A stretch of DNA of 64,000 nt from Eledone cirrhosa (taxonomy: Eukaryota): positions 228,470,001 to 228,534,000 of the forward strand of contig OZ024743.1 of assembly GCA_964016885.1 (NCBI GenBank). The letters run 5' to 3'. Numbering within the stretch: position 1 is the stretch's first letter; each line of letters starts with the position of its first letter. A program made the translations under genes and the position numbers. This document shows positions 52,700-64,000 of this stretch, piece by piece. The notes below the pieces were generated by a model. That model did no database searches. It was not told the origin of the DNA and saw nothing but the letters and a program-made list of their open reading frames with translations.

Positions 52700-53878
52700 G
52701 TGAATATTTATATGAGTGTATCCTTGTGTGCATATATGTTTAAGAGTTTGTTGTCAATATAAAATATATTTATTTACACTTTATCAAATTATTTCACAAA
52801 GCTTTCATCTCAACAGATACGATGATAATTCACTAATGGTTTAGGTCTTTTTTGTTTGTTTTTTCTTGAAACACATAACTATCATCCACATCATGATCAT
52901 CCTCATCATGACCATCATCACCAGCAGCAACAACAGCAGCAAGATAATTAAATTTCAAGTTATTTGTAAATGTGACAAGGATTTCATTTTTATTAACAAC
53001 TCTTTATGTTCTGAGTTCAAATCCTACTGAGATTCACTTTCATCCTTCTGATGTTGATTAAATAAAGTCTCAGTCCAGTAAAGGATTGATGTAATTAAGT
53101 GCCCCCCTCCCCCCAAGCTATGTGCTTATATAAGAAATTCTTCTTATTATTGATTAACTTTTTCAGGTTTCACCTGAAAAGGAAAATCAGGGTGGGGAGG
53201 GAAGTGTTGCCTTCCAGCCAGTTTGTTGAAAGGTGAGTGAGAGAGGCAAGAATGACTTGCTGTGAAACAGCCTGTGTGAATAGGAAAACTGGAAGAGGGC
53301 GCTTGCCCTAGTGATCAGGGTGACTGTGGATTTTTTTTTTTTCTCCAAGAGTGACCCTTGGAAGTCTCTCTATTGGGGAATTTTTCCTTGCTTCTTTTTT
53401 TTTTTTTTACATATAATTTTGTTTTTGTTTTTTACACGCAGAAATACCTATTTGTACCGTACTGTACTGTCCATAATGTTATGTCAACCCTTGTGGTTAA
53501 TAAAGAAAGCATTATTATTGATTGAAAGAACCATTAGCGCTACCAGCAGTGGATTGGCAGAATTGTTAGTGCATCGGACAAAATACTCTATGATATTTGT
53601 TACAGCTCTTTACACTCATAGTTTAAATCTTACCAATGTCAGCTTTGCATTCATCCTTCTGGGGTTGATAAAATAAAGTACAAATCAAGCAGTGGGATCA
53701 AAGCAGTCCAATTCACCTCCTTTGAACATTGTTGTGATTATTATTGTTATTATTATCATCATCATCATCATCATCATTATTTTTATTGCACATCATTACT
53801 GCTTTACCAAGCACAGTTCTGTGCGTCTTGGGTATGAGAAGTGTAGTTATTATTATTTATATTATCATTATTATTAAA

Positions 53879-54492
53879 GCAGTGGATTGGCAGTGTCGGT
53901 AGAGGGTCGGACGCCATGCTTTCCAGCATAGTTACGTCCCTTTACGATCTGAGTTCAAATCCCGCCGAGGTTAACTTTGCCTTTCATCCTTACGGGGTCG
54001 ATAAAATAAAGTACCAGTAATGCACTGAGTAATTGCTGGCCTTGTGCCTAAAGTAGAAACAATTATTATTAAAGCAGTGGATTCACTGTATTGGTAGAGG
54101 GTTGGATGCCATGCTTTGCAGCATAGAGTTTTGGCCCTTTGTGGTCCGAGTTCAAATCCTGCCAAGGTTAACTTTGCCTTTCATCCTTGTGGGGTCGATA
54201 AAATAAAGCACCAGTGGGGTTGATTTCATCGACCCCCCCCCATATTGCTGGCCTTGTGCCTATATAAGAAACCATTATTATTATTATTATTATTGTAGGG
54301 CAGTGGATTGGCAGTATCGGTAGAGGGTCGGACGCCATGCTTTGCAGCATAGAGTTACGGCCCTTGTCATTCTGAGTTCAAATCCCGCCGAGGTTAACTT
54401 TGCCTTTCATCCTTACGGGGTCGATAAAATAAAGTACCAGTAATGTACTGGGATAATTGCTGGCCTTGTGCCAAAAGTAGAAACAATTATTA
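53879..54492 (+). mobile_element. Three head-to-tail S2 SINEs (53879-54070, 54074-54295, 54300-54492); older relatives at about 53005-53140 and 53545-53700
   Basis: Each starts gcagtggatt and ends in (ATT)n. Confidence 0.9.
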
Positions 54493-55195
54493 TACACACA
54501 AAAAATTGCTCCATTCTTAAAAAGTACAAAGCAACACTATGACTGCATCATAATAAAAATAGATTTTCTTATGCTGATATTGAACATTTTCACAATGGTG
54601 TGTCTATTAGAAAGATACTATAAACATTTGAATTAACAAATCTGTTTTGATATATTTTCTGGTAAATCATTACAAAATGTTAAGAGTTAAGTATCAATAA
54701 TTCCTGAACAACCAGATTATATAATTATTTTCATACAACAAAGTGGTACAAATTAAAATAATCCTTAGATCATGCCCAAACTTTTCATTTAGAGGTGAGT
54801 TTTCTAGAGTTCTTTTAATCAATTGCAACCAGATCATGTCAACCACCCTTGGTTCTATGATACAATTCTATTTTTAAATGATTTTATGTCAGAGAGAAAA
54901 TTAGTTACATTACAAATTCTCTCCAAATTCTTGATTATTTTCCAAATAATTGAAAAATCTTATAGAGAGTCTTTCATTAGAAATATGGCAATAAAAGGAT
55001 TAAAGTGTCTACATATATAAAACAATGTCATAATTTTGTTAAGTTATGTTCCAAAAGAGAAAGTTATTTATAGTACTAGATTGTTGATTATTTTCAATCG
55101 TAAGCGGTGTCTTTCATTAGGAATCAAATAATTAAAAGGTTAAAGAACTTTGTCAACGTATCTTGATTACAGATTATATTAGAAGTGATACTTAC

Positions 55196-55311
55196 TTGCT
55201 CAATATCTAGAGAAAGATTATTTCTGGGAGGAGTTTCTTATAATTTTTGTTTTTATGTTACTGGATCAGAAGGTTTATACTTACCTGAAATAGAAAAAGA
55301 AAAAAGGTTAG
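55196..55311 (-). promoter_or_regulatory. Candidate recursive splice site (ratchet point) with an 89-nt cryptic RS-exon
   Basis: Minus strand: CTAAC-cttttttctttttctattt-CAG|GTAAGT (junction 55285/55284), with a second donor CAA|GTAAGT at 55196/55195. Confidence 0.65.
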
Positions 55312-55397
55312 ATCAACATATAAGAAAAATATACTATAATAATTTCCTATTTTGATTCCATCTTGAAACTAAAATGGGTCAAATCAACGATTATCAT

Positions 55398-55609
55398 TTA
55401 GCCCTTTATATATACATTACTCTCTATATACTATATTTTTGTGGTAAAGGCACAGAATTATCTCACCTAATATCGAATCTATGAGATTTTGATATTTATT
55501 TTGAGAACAATAACTTAACATAAGTATGAGTGCCTGGACGGCTGGTTTAAACAGAAAGAGGTGAGAGAATTCTAGCTGGATATAGCCAGTTTAAATGCTA
55601 AAGGGTTAA
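55398..55609 (-). mobile_element. piggyBac-like MITE, family M1
   Basis: Reverse complement of 28898-29113; ends taaatgctaaagggttaa. Confidence 0.82.
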
Positions 55610-56861
55610 ATCCTGTACTGTATGAAATGGCATTGGTATCAAGAAGGCTAAAGCAGGAAACAGCTAGGAAATAGAAACCAAATAAGGAAAATAATTCTGT
55701 CAGATGCTCTAAGAACCCTCGAACATTCCCTAAATGTGCAGAAATATTCAACATAAGAAAACAATATAAAATATCATCATGATCTTCATCACTTTACTTG
55801 TCGTTCATGCTTGCATGAGTTGGGGGAATTGTTACAGCACAAGACTAGATAGATTTGAAGATGATGTATTGTTCATATGTTCCATTCTTGACATGGTTTT
55901 GACAACTGGGTACACACCCACACACATATATTCTCATGGAAAACACATACACACTCATTACCCCCCCCCCCCCCCACACACACACCCTAAAAAAAAACGT
56001 ATTCAGTAAAAAGCAAGCCTGTGCGAAAAACAAAAAAAAATGTCCCTATTAATATAGCTGATATTAAGATATAATCCTGTTGATAAGGAACGGCCAGAAA
56101 CTGCCACTGGTTCTATGATACACATTTATTTGTTTTAAAGTGTTTATATTTATCTAAAAACTATCATAATCTTCGTAAAGTTATATTCCAAATATCAGTT
56201 TAATAATGGTCTTCAATTGAGAAACAAGGCCAGGAATTTGAGAAGAAAGGGGAAAATCAATTACACTGATCCCAGTACTTGACTTGTACTTAGTTTTTAT
56301 TCATCTTGGAAGGATGAAGAACAAAGTTGACCTTGGGGGGGATTTGAATACAGTATATAAAGGGCTGTAGCAAAATGCCTCAAACAATTCTGAATATCCA
56401 CCACTCTAAACACAAACTTAAAGATAAAAAGTTATTTATGTAACTAAATCACTCCAAATTCTTGATTATTTTCAAAAGCGAAAATCATAAGCTGTGTTTA
56501 TCATTAGAAATATGGTAACAAAATAGTTAACCATTTAATTGGTATGCTGTCTAGCTGCAGTCTACCTAATTAGAAAATGGAAGAGTTGTCTTTAAGGAAA
56601 GTTTTAAATCAGCAGCTGCAACTTCTCACAGTAATGCTAAAATTTGCAGACCCATCTAACCAAGAGCCAGCTTTTAGTGACAGTTCATTACATTACAGTT
56701 CACCAGTAATGATTGGATTAGAGATTTCAACTGTCATTTATGTCTACAGCTATAATATATCAAACAATATTTCATTTCAACAATGAAACCACACACAACA
56801 CATACATAGATACAAGAATATACACATACATACACATATATATATATATAAATACACACAT

Positions 56862-56925
<64 letters not shown>

Positions 56926-57058
56926 ATATATCCATACATACACATATATATATCCATATAAATATAAATATTATTATTACTATATATATATATATATCTT
57001 CTTCACCCACTTATTGGGTACTCCTTTCTCTCAACCACATACAGATATATATATATGT

Positions 57059-57117
<59 letters not shown>

Positions 57118-57221
57118 TATATATGCATTAAAAAAACGTTTTTGGTTGTTCACATTATTGAAGACATGCAGATGCACCATCTCTCTCTTTAAACACACAT
57201 ATGTATATGATATATGTATGC

Positions 57222-57288
<67 letters not shown>

Positions 57289-58009
57289 CATGTGTGTATG
57301 TGTGTGCGTGACGTGTGTGTGTGGGGCCATACATACGTACATGTATCTTTTCTTATTTCCAGACAATAACTTGGCACAAGCTATTGGAATTTATATCCCA
57401 ACCAATCCTCATTGATTTGTTGTGTAATAATGAACATATGAGACAACCATTAGAGTAGTTTGGCCCTACACAATTCTCAAGCCATTTGCACACCTTTGAA
57501 TCATAATTAATAAAAAGAGACACTTGTCAAAAGTTATTTAATATTATATACATACACACACAGACATGCACAGACAGACACAGATACACACACGTACACA
57601 CACGCACACATGTATATATATATATATGTATATGTATATATTTATATAATATATATATCATCATCATTGTGCCTGCTAGAAGGGGTTGGATGGGTCCATT
57701 TAGACAAAGTCAGTACTGAGATGGAGCCATTAATCTCCTGGGCAAGCCAGGGACATGTGCGCTTATGTATGGTCTTATGTTCCATTGAGTGCTCAGGGGA
57801 GGTTGTCATGCCTTTAAAACAACTGAGCGTCCTTCCAAACCTTTGTTTTGCAAGATTTCTATGGCTGAATGCTCTTCCTATCACCAACCACTTTACAGCA
57901 TGTACTGGGTTCATTTATTGTGTTAATCACCAACGCACATAGATATATTTGTTTCGTTTTTGAAGCATTAAGGAAATTTGAATATATGTTTTGCTTTTAT
58001 TTTTTTATA

Positions 58010-58190
58010 AGGTCATGATTTTGATTCCCAGCAGCACATTGTGTTCTTGAGCAAGGTACTTTATTTCACATTGCTCCAGTTCACTCAGTTGGAAAAAAAT
58101 GAGTTGAACCTGTAATTCAAAGGGCCAGGCTGAAACTCTTTAAAAGCTATGTTAAGGGTACATGTGTCTGTGGAATGTACAATTGAAACA
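58010..58190 (+). mobile_element. Decayed CORE-type SINE with an alternative tail (tail also at about 30915-30980, 31350-31560 and 50855-51010 on the minus strand)
   Basis: ttgagcaaggtactttatttcacattgctccagttcactcag matches the S1 core and is followed by a non-RTE tail. Confidence 0.55.
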
Positions 58191-58959
58191 TTTATCAGAA
58201 CCAATGGTGGTACATCATCATTAACATAAATTTGGTGAAGAGAGAAAAATAAGAGAAAGACTTTTATGAAAGTGCTACTTATATGCATACATGCACACAC
58301 CCTTTCTTTGTCTCCACCCATACAAAAAATAGCAGTATACTCATATTTATGTAATGAACATTGCATCTCCACCATAACATACCTTCACTTCTGATATATT
58401 ATTTACACAGAGTTCAAATATAAAGTATTTAAAAAAAATAATAATAATAATAAAGTTGTATGCTATTCATTACAAACTAATTCAGTTATCACCAAATGTA
58501 ACATATATTTCAATAAAACAAAAACAACAAAAAACAAACAAACAAGAGGTTAGCTCCTGAGCTTTGTTTAATTTATTTTGATACACAACTACTTGAAACT
58601 GCCCCTACAATACAAAACTGTTTATTTTTAAATGATTATATTTATCTAAAATCCTTCCATCATAATTTTGTATAAGAACCATTCTTATGTTATGTTCCAA
58701 ACACCTGCCTGATTAAATAAAAACGTTATTTATATTATCAAATCCCTCCAAATTATTGTTTATTTTCTGAAATAATTGAAAACCTTAGGCATAGTCTTTT
58801 ATTAGAAATGTGGTTAAGAAAGGGTTAAAAAAGTAAAATGTGTGTATAGTATGGGGATTGTATGTGTCTTTGCCTTTATTCAGAAACTGAGTACTTATTT
58901 AGACAAAAGATGGATTGTCAGATACTAGAGATGACAAATTGGCGAGAGACTGGGAAAAT

Positions 58960-60818
58960 AGGTGGTAATAGAGAGATAGATGGTGAGAGAGAGAGAGTAG
59001 ATGGTAATGGAGAGAAGGGGTGAGAAGAGCTAGAGTAGATAGTATTAGAGACAAATTGTGAGAGACAGAGGAGAGAGTAGCTAGTAGATGGTAATATATA
59101 TATAGAGAAATAGTGAGAGATTTAGGAGAGATGGAGAAAAAGAGCAGATAGTAATATAGAGAGACAGACTATGAGAGACTGGGCAGACAGAGGAGATGAA
59201 GAATAGATATTAGTATAGAGAGACATGTGTTAAAAAGTGAGGAGAGAGAACAGACAGTAGAAGAGAGAGACAGATGGTGAGAGAGAATACACAGTAACAG
59301 AGAGACAAATGATGAGAGAGTAAGGAGAGACAGAGTCAATAATTGAGAGAGACAGATGGTGAGAGAAAGAGCAAGGAGAGACAGAATATATAGTAATAGA
59401 GAGAAAGACAGATGGTGAGAGTGAAAAGAGAGAGTGGGAAGATAGAGAATAGATAGTAATAGAGAGAGAGATGGTGAGAGAGTGAGGAGAGAGAGAATAG
59501 ATAGCAATATATATATAGAGAGATGGTGAGAGAGTGAGGAGAGAGAAAGAATAGATAGTAATAGGGAGAGAGAGATGGTAAGAGAGTAAGGAGAGAGAAA
59601 GAATAGATAGTAATAGAGAGAGACAGATGGTGAGAGAGAGAGGAGAGAGACAGACGGTGAGAGAGAGAGGAGAGAGAAAGAGCAGATGGTAATAGAGAGA
59701 GAGACAGATGGTGAGAGAGTGAGGAGAGAGAAAGACGGTGAGAGAGTGAGGAAAGAGAAAGACGGTGAGAGAGTAAGGAGAGAGAAAGAGTAAATGGTAA
59801 TAGAGAGAGAGTCAGATGGTAAGAGAGCGAGGAGAGAGACAGATGGTAAGAGAGTAAGGAGAGAGAAAGAGTAGATGGTAATAGAGAGAGACAGACGGTG
59901 AGAGAGAGAGGAGAGAGAAAGAGTAGATGGTAATAGAGAGAGAGAGAGACAGACGGTGAGAGAGTAAGGAGAGAGAGATAGACGGTGAGAGAGTAAGGAG
60001 AGAGAGAGACAGATGGTAAGAGAGTAAGGAGAGAGAAAGAGTAGATAGTAATAGAGAGAGAGACATACAGTGAGAGAGTGAGGAGAGAGAAAGACGGTGA
60101 GAGAGTAAGGAGAGAGACAGAATAGATGGTAATAGAGAGAGAGACAGATGGTGAGAGAGTGAGGAGAGAGAAAGAGTAGATGGTAATAGAGAGAGAGACA
60201 TATGGTGAGAGAGTGAGGAGAATGACAGACGGTGAGAGAGTAAGGAGAGAGAAAGAGTAGATGGTAATAGAGAGAGAGACAGATGGTAAGAGAGTGAGGA
60301 GAGAGATAGATGGTAAGAGAGTGAGGAGAAAGAAAGAATAGATGGTAATAGAGAGAGAGACATATGGTAAGAGAGTAAGGAGAGAGAAAGAGTAGATGGT
60401 AATAGAGAGAGAGACATACGGTGAGAGAGTGAGGAGAAAGACAGACGGTAAGAGAGTAAGGAGAGAGAAAGAGTAGATGGTAATAGAGAGAGAGACAGAT
60501 GGTAAGAGAGTGAGGAGAGAGAAAGAGTAGATGGTAATAGAGAGAGAGACAGACGGTGAGAGAGTAAGGAGAGAGAGATAGACGGTGAGAGAGTAAGGAG
60601 AGAGAAAGACAGATGGTAAGAGAGTAAGGAGAGAGAAAGAGTAGATGGTAATAGAGAGAGAGACAGATGGTAAGAGAGTGAGGAGAGAGAAAGCGCAGAT
60701 GGTAATAGAGAGAGAGAGAGACAGATGGTGAGAGAGTGAGGAGAAAGAAAGAGTAGATGGTAATAGAGAGAGAGAGACAGATGGTGAGAGAGTGAGGAAA
60801 GAGAAAGAGTAGATGGTA
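58960..60818. repeat. ~1.9-kb GA-rich minisatellite (gagacagatggtgagagagtgaggagagagaaagagtagatggtaata variants)
   Basis: Direct reading; strongly purine-biased plus strand. Confidence 0.93.
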
Positions 60819-61430
60819 AAACTTAGTGTATTAAAAGTGAATAAATGAAAAGAAGTGAAGAAATACCAATGTAGTCAAGCATGAATTCATTATAAGGATC
60901 GATTCAAAAACTACTGACAGAGAGTGTGTGATCTTTGCACACTAACAAAATGTTGGTGTTGGGTCAGTCAGACTAGAGTGATTAATGCCTTGGGTACTAA
61001 CTTCAAATGACCAGTCAGCAATGACCAATTTTTAATGTAGGCACAAGCCAAAGATAACTTTGTGTGCATCCTCAAAGCCAAATCATCTTCCATCACCATG
61101 ACCATCCATACAAATAATATCATTGTCCAGTTCCACCTACCCACCCCATTGTCCACCTCACTAATTCCACTATAACATCACTGCACCATGACTACTAACG
61201 TTCCATAACCAACATCATCATGACCAACATTGCCAAAGACATCTGCAAGAGCCAGACTATCAGATCTATACAATTCTCTGTGTATACAGGGACAAACACA
61301 TACATGTAGACACACAGAGACATACTAATATGCATACAAGGACTTGGACACACACTCACACACACATGGGCATATATATTACTATATGTCCAGATATTTA
61401 TACACATACACATTCTTGCATAGATACAGT

Positions 61431-61468
<38 letters not shown>

Positions 61469-61665
61469 CACCAATATACATATGTGTATGTATATAACAT
61501 ATATGTGTATGTATCTATACATGTAAATAGTACAAAAAGCTATAAACATTTTTAGTTTTGCACATCTAACTTTTTTTTTTTGTAAAAATGAAAGTATGTT
61601 GCACAGGTGCACACATATACATTACACACACACACACATGCATATATATATATATATATGCATAC

Positions 61666-61728
<63 letters not shown>

Positions 61729-62639
61729 AATATACACACAGCCCAATGAACTCCCAGAGAAGAATTAAGAATAAGTGGATTGTGGTGCAGCAGCAACAGC
61801 AGTAGCAGCAGCAGTAGGTAGAAATAGAAGCAGCAGCAGCTATAGTAATGGTTTTAGCAGCAACAGAAACAGCAGCAGTCACATGCTATGGTACAGTACT
61901 ATAAAACACAATACATAGTGGTGGGGGTGGGGGCTGTGGTGGTGGTGGTGGTGGTAGTAGTAGTAGTGTGAACTGAACAGGTAACAACATTGTAGTAAAA
62001 TGTCTATTTAAAGATTAGTTTGAAAGACAAATGTTGAGGTCAGAGTAGGAGGAGATAGATGGATAGATAGATAGATAGATAGGCAAGGAGGAGATGGAGG
62101 ATATATAGATAGATGAGGAGGGGGTGTAGGATGTGAGAAAGATAGACAGATGAGGAGAGAAAGAGGAGAGAAAGGTGGTATATATGCATAGGTAAAGCTA
62201 CTAAACTACCTTCTCTCATTCAAACTCACAGATACTTCCACAGAAATACACACACATGTTGAGCCAAGTAGGAAGCCTCAACATGGTTTCTCAGATGCTA
62301 AAAATAGCAACCCAAATCTTCCTCAAATCACACCCTTAGAAAAATACACATTAGATAATGTAGTCCTTGGTTACATAGAAAACTGATGGGATATAAGGTG
62401 ATCGTACTGGTGATATGACGAAAACCACCCAGTCCACTCTGTTAGATGGTCATTTAAAAAGCACCTAGTTTACCTGTAACATGGTAAGGGCATTCAGAAC
62501 CAAGCCAAAATACAGAACCATATGAGCAAAATGTGGCCACCAGACTTGACTTGTCTCATAAGGTGACAACTCATTTAACCCATGCAAGCGTGGAAAAATA
62601 GATCTTCAACAATGATGAAGAAGATGATATATATATATA

Positions 62640-62790
62640 TATGGCATTAGGAAGGGCATCCAGCTGTAGAAAACCAGCCAGAAACATCCCTATATGAGCA
62701 AGACACGGTCACCCGACCCAACTTGCCTCTAAATGGAACCCGTCTAACCCATGCTAGCTTGGAAGATGGACGTTAATCTATGATGATGAT
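62640..62790 (+). mobile_element. RTE 3' tail fragment (older decayed copy at about 62440-62628)
   Basis: ttaggaagggcatccagctgtagaaaa...cccatgctagcttgg...ggacgttaa and (TGA)n. Confidence 0.82.
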
Positions 62791-62794
62791 AGCA

Positions 62795-63055
62795 ACCACA
62801 CAACACACATACTTCACTTCGACTGACCCTGCTCTCTTTAATATACTGAAATACATGAAGACAGGATCAGATCCCATAATGTTTAAAAGCTTTCTTGACA
62901 AATTCCTTCAAGAAACCTCCTACACATAGATATATCTCAGAAAACAACAACACTTTACTAATTTGTGAAACCATAACCTAAAAGAGTTTGCCATGTGGTG
63001 GTATTAAATTGGACATTGCCTGTCCCATCACTGGCCAAAAACCTATAAAAGTGGT
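62795..63055 (+). mobile_element. Degraded CR1-group LINE 3' end
   Basis: HTYFTSTDPALFNIL and FKSFLDKFLQE resemble the CR1/L2 ORF2 C-terminus. Confidence 0.55.
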
Positions 63056-63115
63056 ATATATATGTGTGTGTGTGTGTCCACATTACATAGTGCATATGGT
63101 GATTGTAATAGTGGC

Positions 63116-63236
63116 AGATTGTTAAGTCATTGTCTTAAATAAAGAGCCAACTCTGCTCTGTGTTGTTATATATATATATATATATATATATATAAGTGAA
63201 GTGAGTTCCTTATTCAAGACAATGACTTGACAATCT
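63116..63236. repeat. Inverted repeat (~35-bp arms) around an (AT)n tract
   Basis: agattgttaagtcattgtcttaaataa pairs with ttattcaagacaatgacttgacaatct. Confidence 0.85.
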
Positions 63237-64000
63237 CTGTAGTGATGGTGCTTTTATTATATGCACCAAGTTCACTCTGTAAAGAAGTTGGTGTTAAGAA
63301 CAGCATCCAGCCATAGAGACCATGTCAAATAAAATGTTGAGAAGACTCTTTAGTTGTGTCAAAGATATGACAACTTTCCTATTACTGATGTCATGATAAA
63401 ATGTTCCCAGTACAATCTGTAAAATGTTGGGCATTATTTTGCTGGTTGTTTTTGTCAAACCACTAGCCTATGGAACACAGAAATGGAAACCACACATATT
63501 ATTGTTTAATGTCCACTTTTCTGTAGTGATATAATGCAGTGGATGTGAACTTGAAAACACATGGTTGGGAAGTGAACTCGTTAACCACACAGCTATAGAT
63601 TTTTTTTTTTAATAATTGCATTTATTCTTTTACCACATGCACACACAATACCACACAAACTTTATATCACATGAACACTATATATTAAAAAAAAACATGA
63701 CAAACACATGTTCTTTGATATATATAGAGATAGATAGATATATAATTAGTGGTAGGTATTTCTACATATTCTACATATTTTAATACCAAATAAACTAATA
63801 TGACAGCTTTCTATATATCAGATAACCTACTCTACTATATTATCAACTCAATTGTCATAAATTTAAAATGCACTAAAAGTGGTGCATTTTAACGTATAAT
63901 ACTTGAGAAATTGAATATATTATAAATATCCACACTAATGCATGCCTACATGCATACATATATACATGCCTACCTACATATAAAAGTCCAATATGTATAT

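Overview
This is AT-rich, repeat-dominated eukaryotic DNA. The repeat complement (CORE-type and Nin/Deu-type tRNA SINEs, RTE LINEs with a Ceph-like 3' module, very abundant (AT)n/(AC)n/(GA)n microsatellites) looks like an octopus or other coleoid cephalopod genome; this is an inference, not verified. No intact host protein-coding gene is visible. Nearly all listed ORFs are microsatellite artefacts or antisense shadows of retroelements. The real coding remnants are two young RTE LINE families with a PHD-type C4HC3 finger inside ORF2, an older RTE, CR1-group fragments and a Penelope-like (GIY-YIG) relic. The window is probably one large intron of a minus-strand gene. Main observations: (1) a textbook recursive-splice-site candidate (branch point, polypyrimidine tract, CAG|GTAAGT, then an 89-nt stop-filled cryptic exon) at 55196-55311; (2) a minimal hammerhead ribozyme beside a 173-bp palindrome; (3) an array of covarying hairpin/H-type pseudoknot modules shared by the LINE 3' UTRs and the SINE; (4) systematic residence of these elements in (AT)n, with repeated local fold-back duplications; (5) a MITE resembling mammalian Tigger4. 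All calls were made by eye, and boundaries of degraded repeats are approximate.
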